The notes under the pieces are model-generated. The model did not search any database. It was not told the origin of the DNA and was given only the letters and a program-made list of their open reading frames with translations. The position numbers and the translations under genes were made by a program. Positions 56,761 to 64,000 of a stretch of 64,000 nucleotides of DNA are shown piece by piece. Numbering within the stretch: position 1 is the stretch's first letter; every line of letters starts with the position of its first letter. The stretch is from Eledone cirrhosa. Lineage: Eukaryota. The DNA lies in the NCBI GenBank assembly GCA_964016885.1, contig OZ024741.1:226424001-226488000 (forward strand), given 5' to 3'.

Positions 56761-57418
56761 TGGCTATAAATGGAAGAAGAAGAACCCCCCCCCCCCCTCC
56801 TCTCCTCTGGCTACACTATATAGGACAGCGAAACTCACCATCACCAGAAACTAGATACACCACCCACCCAATCATCTGTGTACACTAAACACAACAGCAT
56901 TTTCACCTTCACCGCCACCGCTCACTACGGCCATCATTACCACCACTATCCCATCACCGCCGCCACCACCCCCTGACTCCTTCACTGCTGCTGCCACCGC
57001 TACAGCACCATCACTACAGTAATACGGTCGCATCACCGCCACCACTGCCTCGGTATCGACATCACCACCACCACTGTCTCAGTATCGCCAACGCCGCCAG
57101 TCTCTGCTGGCTACCACTTCCACATTATAGAATTCCTACTACTAACAAAGAGGAAGGCATCAAAATATATAGATAGACTCAAAAGAAAAAAGAAAAAACA
57201 AACAACAAAAGCAGCACAGCAACAACAGTAAAAAACGAGAAAAACAGAGAAAAACAAAAACAAAAAAAGAAACCCCAAAAACGTAAAGAAAATAAGAATG
57301 AAGAGAGAAGCAGGCGGACGGACAGAGAAGAGGGGGGAAAAAGTAAAACTTAAAAAACAAAAACTAAGTCAGACATTCGAATACTACATTACAATGAAAC
57401 TTATGCTTATTCATTTTT

Positions 57419-60400
57419 GGGGCCCTTTCTGCCCGTGTGTTTGTTTGTTTATGTGTGTCCGTATACAGCGTGGTGATAATGCCACACAAGGGCCAAGTGG
57501 GATGGCGGATCCACAGATGGCTATGTAAACATACATTCGCCAATCCTCGATAAGAGTGTTTAAATATCGAACATAAACAGTTCGAATAACGGTGAAATGG
57601 AGACTAGAACGTCATGTGACAGACTCTCACCCAACAGGTGCCCCCTGGCTCAGCAGCAGGAACCTGACTGTCAACCAAATACTGCTGATGTTGGAGGAAG
57701 AAGAAGAAGGAAAGGGGCCAGAACCAACTGGACGAAAGAATTGAATAGAACTGTTATGCAATGCTACCTGAAAAGTAACCCCAAGGAGAGGGGCTACAGG
57801 AGACGGATGCATAACATCTGGAACGAGATTGGTTTATTTAAATTAGATGAACAAAAATTGGCCGGGCAGGCTCGGGTAATAAGAACTAATGGGTGGATAA
57901 GCGAGCTGGAACTGGAGGAACTGAGCAGAGAGAATGGCTTGGAGATGGCGGGTGTAGTATGCCAGACAAGCGAGCCGGCGGGAAATGAAGGTGAGGAGGT
58001 CCTGAGAACGGAGGAACCACCCGAAGCAGACAATGATCTGAATACTGAGATAAATAATACCTGGAACAGAGATACGGCCACTGAGGAGATGAATGCTGAC
58101 GGGCTAGGACAAGATTCGGTTGACATCCTAAATTTAGTGGTAGATGAGTTGAACAATGATAGTGGGAGACCTATGAACCTAAGATTTGTAGACAGGAAAA
58201 AGTTAAAAGAAACAACAGCTAAGGTAAACAAAGTCATCCCATACCTTGAGGCGAGGAGTCTTCACCAGTGCAACAATATCCTCAAAGCAACAGCAAATAC
58301 GGTGAGGAAACTACTTGGTATAAAAGCGAGAGGAAACAACAGACAAGAAAGAGCAGAGCCGTGGTGGAAGAAGCGACTGAGTGGGCAAATCGGGGAAATG
58401 AGAAATGACATAGGAAAGCTTGAGTCACTACTGAATGGGACACTAAAAAACATAGGCACTAAAAATAGACTGGAAATAAAATACAAAACTAGGAGTAAAA
58501 AGCTAAATATTATCATAGAGGAATTGAAGCAACGCATTGTAGCAAAGAGTGCCAAAATCAGGCGATACGAGAACAGAGTCAGTCAGTATAAACAGAACCG
58601 CATGTTCGACAACAACCAGAAGATGCTGTTTGGACAGCTTGAGGGGAAAGAAAGAGGCAACGACTTGATCCCTGGGGCGGAACAAGCTAAAACATTCTGG
58701 AGAGGAATATGGGAGCAGGATGTTAGACACAATGCCCAGGCAGGGTGGATTGAGACAGTACAGAGGGAGATCGGTGAGCAGGCACAGCAACAGACTGATT
58801 TGAGTATCACAGTTGAAACTCTTAAGGGGCAAGCCAAAAAACTAACCAACTGGAAATCACCAGGCCCAGATGGTGTGCAGGGGTATTGGATTAAACATTT
58901 AACATCCCTCCACCCGAAGCTGACGGCCATGTTCAATGACTGCTTGGTGTCGGGTGAGGTGCCAGAGTGGTTGACAAAAGGTACCACAGTTCTGATAATG
59001 AAAGACCGAATCAAGGGTAATGATGTTACCAACTATAGACCTATCACATGTCTGCCCGTAATGTGGAAACTGTTGACGAGCATTGTGTCTGAGGAAATCT
59101 ACCATCACCTCCACACAAACAACTTGTTGCCGGACGAACAGAAAGGATGCCGAAAGAAGTCACGTGGTACAAAGGACCAGTTGCTTATTGATAAGATGGT
59201 AATGGGGAATTGCAGGAGGAGACACACTGATCTTGCCATGGGATGGATAGACTACAGAAAGGCATTTGACATGGTGCCTCATTCCTGGATCACCAAAAGC
59301 CTGGAGATCTTCAGGGTGGCAGATAACATCAGACAGTTGCTGGGCAGGAGTATGGGGTCCTGGGAGACAGAGTTGACATCAACTGGAGTATCCTTGGGAA
59401 GCGTGAAGATCAAGAGAGGTATCTTCCAGGGAGATAGCCTGTCCCCTCTGTTGTTTGTCCTTGCCCTGATGCCCTTGACCATTATGCTGCGAAAAGTGAG
59501 AGCAGGATACAAGTTGGGAAGGGGAGAGCTTACCATCAATCACCTCCTCTTCATGGACGATCTTAAGCTCTTCGGGAAAAGTGAGAAGGAGTTGGATGTG
59601 CTTGTTGACACTGTCCGTATTTTCAGCAGTGATATATGTATGCAGTTTGGTATTGGTAAATGTGGAGTCATTGTGATGAGGAGGGGTAGGTTGAGCAGAA
59701 GTAACGGGATCCAGATACCAACAGGTGAGATGATAAAGGAAATTGACTCTGAGGAAGGATACAAGTATTTGGGCGTTCTGGAGGCTGATGGCATAAAGAA
59801 CAAAAAAATGAAGGAATTGTTAAGAACTGAATACATTCGGAGAGTAAGGAGCGTATTGAAGTCACATCTGAACAGCAGAAATGCCATAAGCGCAGTAAAT
59901 TCCCGAGCTGTGTCTATTATTAGGTACAGTGCGGGAATTCTGAGATGGAATGTTGCTGAACAAAAAGAAATGGATAGGAAGACTAGGAAGCTATTGACTA
60001 TCTACAACATGTTCCACAAGAGGAGTGATGTCGATAGACTCTACCTAAGGAGATCTGAGGGTGGAAGAGGTCTTATCAGCATAGAGGACTGTGTTCAGAT
60101 GGAGAAAAACAACCTATACAAATACGTGACCTATAGTAAGGAGCCAATGCTCAGAGCTGTACTGAAGGAGGGGACAGTAGGCCAGGGGATACCCAAGGAG
60201 GAAATAACATCAAGGAGGAAGAGCAGCCTTAAGGGAAAATCCCTTCATAGTACCTTCTTTGAGAAAACTGAATTTAGAGATCCACAGACATGGAACTGGT
60301 TGAGAAGAGGAGACCTCAAAAAGGCTACAGAAGGAATGCTAATGGCTGCGCAGGAGCAGGCCCTCAAAACGAAGTGGTTGAAGCACCATATCTACAAGGA

Positions 60401-61075
60401 GGAGGCTAGCCCACTGTGCAGGATCTGTGGAGAGAGAGAGGAGACTGTGGCCCACATTGTGTCCGAGTGTAAACACCTAGCCCAGACCCACTATAAGGGC
60501 TGGAGACACGATGTGATGGGCAGGGTGATCCACTGGCACCTGTGCAAAGTAAACAATCTACCACATTCTGAGAAATGGTATGAGCATAGGCCAGAGGCGG
60601 TGATGGAGAACAGTCAGGTGAAGGTGCTGTGGGATTTTAGGATACAGACGGACAAAAAACTGGAACACAATAGACCTGACCTGGTGGTTGTGGACAAAGA
60701 AAAAAGATCGTGCCTGATTGTGGATGTGGCCTGCCCGTTCGACACGAGAGTGCAAGAGAAGGAGAGGGAGAAAATTAACCGATACCAGGACCTAAAGTGG
60801 GAGGTGAAAAGGATTTGGAACTGCCATGAAGTCAAAGTGATCCCGATTGTCATAGGCGCACTGGGGACTATCTCCAAAGGTTTCCAGGGATGGTTAAAGA
60901 AAATCGGCCCCTTCACGCTTTTTGGAACGCTTCAAAAGGCATGCTTGCTTGGAACGGCAAGAACCCTCCGATACGTCCTGAATATCTGAGGCTGCAGGTA
61001 GTGGCTTGATATTCAATCCAACGGACTTTCCAGTTAACCAACATCAATGACTGAGATTCAAGGAATAACAATAAC

Positions 61076-61108
<33 letters not shown>
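57419..61108 (+). mobile_element. Apparently full-length R4/Dong RLE non-LTR retrotransposon, family C
   Basis: Structured 5' leader, intact single ORF, ~75-bp 3' UTR and (AAT)n tail at 61064-61108. 5' boundary inferred. Confidence 0.9.
57597..60989 (+). CDS. Intact 1130-aa R4/Dong ORF (N-terminal Myb-like region, RT, CCHC, RLE)
   Basis: WTKELN..CY..GYRRRM..W, PWWKKRL, WKSPGPDG, YRPITCL, EQKGC, WIDYRKAFD, GIFQGDSLSP, LFMDD, YKYLG, CRIC..HIVSEC, RHD, HNRPDLVVVD..DVACP..RYQDL, LGTARTLR. Confidence 0.95.
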   Translation: METRTSCDRLSPNRCPLAQQQEPDCQPNTADVGGRRRRKGARTNWTKELNRTVMQCYLKSNPKERGYRRRMHNIWNEIGLFKLDEQKLAGQARVIRTNGWISELELEELSRENGLEMAGVVCQTSEPAGNEGEEVLRTEEPPEADNDLNTEINNTWNRDTATEEMNADGLGQDSVDILNLVVDELNNDSGRPMNLRFVDRKKLKETTAKVNKVIPYLEARSLHQCNNILKATANTVRKLLGIKARGNNRQERAEPWWKKRLSGQIGEMRNDIGKLESLLNGTLKNIGTKNRLEIKYKTRSKKLNIIIEELKQRIVAKSAKIRRYENRVSQYKQNRMFDNNQKMLFGQLEGKERGNDLIPGAEQAKTFWRGIWEQDVRHNAQAGWIETVQREIGEQAQQQTDLSITVETLKGQAKKLTNWKSPGPDGVQGYWIKHLTSLHPKLTAMFNDCLVSGEVPEWLTKGTTVLIMKDRIKGNDVTNYRPITCLPVMWKLLTSIVSEEIYHHLHTNNLLPDEQKGCRKKSRGTKDQLLIDKMVMGNCRRRHTDLAMGWIDYRKAFDMVPHSWITKSLEIFRVADNIRQLLGRSMGSWETELTSTGVSLGSVKIKRGIFQGDSLSPLLFVLALMPLTIMLRKVRAGYKLGRGELTINHLLFMDDLKLFGKSEKELDVLVDTVRIFSSDICMQFGIGKCGVIVMRRGRLSRSNGIQIPTGEMIKEIDSEEGYKYLGVLEADGIKNKKMKELLRTEYIRRVRSVLKSHLNSRNAISAVNSRAVSIIRYSAGILRWNVAEQKEMDRKTRKLLTIYNMFHKRSDVDRLYLRRSEGGRGLISIEDCVQMEKNNLYKYVTYSKEPMLRAVLKEGTVGQGIPKEEITSRRKSSLKGKSLHSTFFEKTEFRDPQTWNWLRRGDLKKATEGMLMAAQEQALKTKWLKHHIYKEEASPLCRICGEREETVAHIVSECKHLAQTHYKGWRHDVMGRVIHWHLCKVNNLPHSEKWYEHRPEAVMENSQVKVLWDFRIQTDKKLEHNRPDLVVVDKEKRSCLIVDVACPFDTRVQEKEREKINRYQDLKWEVKRIWNCHEVKVIPIVIGALGTISKGFQGWLKKIGPFTLFGTLQKACLLGTARTLRYVLNI

Positions 61109-61702
61109 CACTATAAGGGCTGGAGACATGATGTGATGGGCAGGGTGATCCACTGGCACCTATGCAAAGTAAACAATTTACCACATTCTGAGAAGTGGTA
61201 TGAGTATAAGACAGAGGCGGTGATAGAAAACGATCAGGTGAAGGCGCTGTGGGATTTTAGGATACAGACGAACAAGAAACTGGAACACAATAGACCTGAC
61301 CTGGTGGTTTTGGACAAAGAAAAAAGATCGTGCCGGATTGTGGATGTGGCCTGCCCATTCGACACGAGAGTGCAAGAGAAGGAGAGGGAGAAAATTAACC
61401 GATACCAGGACTTAAAGTGGGAAGTAAAAAGGATTTGGAACTGCCATGAAGTCAAAGTGGTCCCGATTGTCATAGGCGCACTAGGTACTATCTCAAAGAG
61501 TTTCCAAGGATGGTTAAAGAAAATTGGCCCCCCGCCCCCTTTTTGGAACACTTCAAAAGGCATGCTTGCTGGGAACAGCAAGAACCCTCCGATACGTCCT
61601 GAATATCTGAGGCTGCAGGTAGTGGCTTGATATTCATTTCAACAAACTTTTCAGTTAACTAACAGCAATGACTGAAACTCAGAGAACAATAATAATAATA
61701 AT
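61109..61702 (+). mobile_element. 5'-truncated second copy of Dong family C, inserted in the (TAA)n tail of the first
   Basis: Matches 60489-61070 with substitutions and a frameshift near 61530; has its own AAT tail. Confidence 0.9.
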
Positions 61703-61930
61703 TGTTTCTACTTTAGGCACAAGGCCAGCAATTACCCAGTGCATTACTGGTACTTTATTTTATCGACCCCGTAAAGATGAAAGGCAAAGTCAACCTCAGC
61801 GGGATTTGAACTCAGATCGTAAAGGGACGTAACGATCTTAGTTCAAATCCCGCTGAGGTTGACTTTGCCTTTCATCCTTACGGTGTCGATAAAATAATGT
61901 ACCAGTCATGCACTGGGTAATTGCTGGCCT
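61699..61930. mobile_element. Family N SINE foldback (two partial copies head-to-head)
   Basis: 61721-61820 is the reverse complement of 61832-61930, with loop AAAGGGACGTA. Confidence 0.85.
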
Positions 61931-62695
61931 ATATACAATTATAAATAAGACAGGGTAATATATTACCCAATTACCAGTAACAAAATTAGCTCAATGTAAA
62001 ATATCAGATATATTTCAAAGCAGAAGTATTATTAACATTCTTTGTGTAATATACTTGATATATTGACTAAGTAATACTCTCTTTATAACACCGTTCACTA
62101 TTTTACTATCTTTTCACTGTAATATTATTTTGTTCTTCAATATGATGTCACTGACACTGTTAATTATAATGTATCTTAATGAACGTTCTAAAGACTAGGA
62201 ATGTAATTACTTGTTTTAACATTGTATATGCTCCGAGGATTCCAGACATTTGTCTGGAAGAAACGATCGTCAGCAGTTAAATGCATTAAACAAAGATTTG
62301 ATTGTTTTATATACTATATAAATGGCAATTTCTGTCTGTGTATCTGTGTATAACCAGTTGGCGCCTACACCAGTGATTCGATCCTAGTGAAACTTTAAAC
62401 ACATGTTAAGCTAATATTCAGAAAAAGGATTGGCTAACTGGATTTCAATAAAAGTCAATAATGGAACCCCTGGTGACATCTTTACAATAGAGGAGGAAAG
62501 ACAAGAAGTTTCAGTGAGAGAGGGGGAAGAGGAGATACTACTACTGTATGTGAAACCTTCCCTCCCACTACTCCCCTTCCACTTCCCACAACTTAGTCCT
62601 CCAAAACGAAGCAACAACTTATTAGTAATATACATAAAGAAATTTCAAATAAAGCAGATGACAATGTAATTTTCGTTGACGACTGAACAGATGTC

Positions 62696-62777
<82 letters not shown>

Positions 62778-63272
62778 TGAAAAATGGTGAGCTGTGTTGT
62801 TGTAAATATGATATATATAATAACGAATTGGAAATAGAAGCCAGGACTATCCATCATCAGTGGTCTACTAGCCATCATAGCTATTTCTTCCAATTACAGA
62901 CCATATACCTCCGGCTAGGGCAATACAATAACTAAATTAAGTTATCGGGATAAAAAGAGTTGGGTGGAGAAAGAGAGACAGGTAAACAAACACGAATGGT
63001 GAGGCAACGTAAAGAGAGGAAAAAAATGAGAAAATCAAGTCAATGATTCATTTGAACATAAGAACTTGCGAATATTGACGATAAGGCAAAAGACACATCT
63101 TGGCCGTATATATATATATATATAACGAAGGAAATGTGGTAAGGAACCAGGTGGACCATAACGCACCTAAGTACTCAATACTTAGGGTAGTAGAGTGGGT
63201 AATAGGAACGAGTAGGACCCAGAATTAGCCGTCGAAACAGCTTGAGCTCAGCCCGTCGGGGTCCTACTCGTT

Positions 63273-63350
<78 letters not shown>

Positions 63351-63429
63351 ATCCACTGATATGGATTCTGAACACGTCCACACGCTTAGGTCGCATTAAG
63401 GTCAACTGCAGGAATCGGTGATAAGTTAC

Positions 63430-64000
63430 AAAAAAGTGTGATGATCAATGACCTGGAAGTTGGCTCGCCATTAGATTAGTCCGAAGGACCCTGTCTCAGT
63501 TTTTACGGCGCATCCGGGAATTGAGCGACTCAACAGCAGAGGACAACTCTTTCGTGAAACAATTATTCTTTTGCCATTTGCCAATAAATTTGCAGACCAT
63601 ATTGGCAAATATAGTCGACACCAGTTCTCTGGAACAAATTGCAGCCTTGACGGAATTTTCTTGTGTGCCTACTTCGGCAGATTCACTCGTCGCTTCTTCT
63701 GCTTTTAAAACCCAGCCTGCTTCACCTTGTGAGGATTCAATGTTGAGAGCCATTGACGCGTTAACTCGTAAAGTAGCTAAACCTGTATTCAACCCTGCTC
63801 TTTTGAGACTTCGGAAAACTGAAATTGGAGAGTCTGGGCACGGCAGACCTCTCCCTCATTAATTCACCTTATCGTGCTTTCTTTATCAGAGACCGAGTCT
63901 CAAACAGATCATTTAAGGTGGATACCGAATCTAGTTGCAGTATTTGGCCTCTTCGGTTCAGCTCTACCAAGTCACATTTTTCCGGCATTTATTTATACGC
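63430..64000 (+). mobile_element. Decayed Ty3/Gypsy LTR-retrotransposon gag-protease fragment (CsRn1-like)
   Basis: RTLSQFLRRIRELS..FVKQLFFCHLPINLQTILA..SLEQIAAL is gag-like. In another frame from 63882, FIRDRVSNRSFKVDTESSCSIWP is a degenerate aspartic protease (VDTG). Confidence 0.7.

Noticed and set aside
57627-61581. Antisense ORFs over the Dong C element
   Set aside because: Shadow frames of the long sense ORF.
62310-62930. Third Helitron or a captured gene fragment
   Set aside because: The 5' part resembles the Helitron starts, but no hairpin-CTAG 3' end was found and the short ORFs have no recognisable motifs.

Overview
Eukaryotic, extremely repeat-dense non-genic DNA. The SINE/LINE repertoire and microsatellite load suggest an octopod cephalopod (inference). 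No host protein-coding exon, rRNA, tRNA gene or CRISPR array could be supported; most ORF-track entries are microsatellite translations. The window holds: (i) three families of R4/Dong-type RLE non-LTR retrotransposons, including one intact 1130-aa ORF, stacked head-to-tail in (TAA)n or (CATA)n tracts; (ii) a 5'-truncated RTE LINE with three C-terminal C2H2 fingers, plus several RTE-derived bipartite non-autonomous elements; (iii) five decayed Penelope-like elements (PLEs), most with inverted pseudo-LTRs; (iv) two non-autonomous Helitrons; (v) about 25 tRNA-derived SINE copies; (vi) CRE, L1/Tx1-like and Gypsy remnants. The most striking feature is a large set of type I hammerhead ribozyme motifs (about 17 loci, at least 8 sequence families), found by eye. 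They sit in PLE pLTRs and in small foldback elements embedded in (TA)n. Two unrelated families carry the compensatory U3:A8 core instead of C3:G8, and one of them forms a ~320-bp tandem array with the architecture of a non-LTR retrozyme (possible circRNA source). Coordinates were counted by hand and may be off by a few bases.
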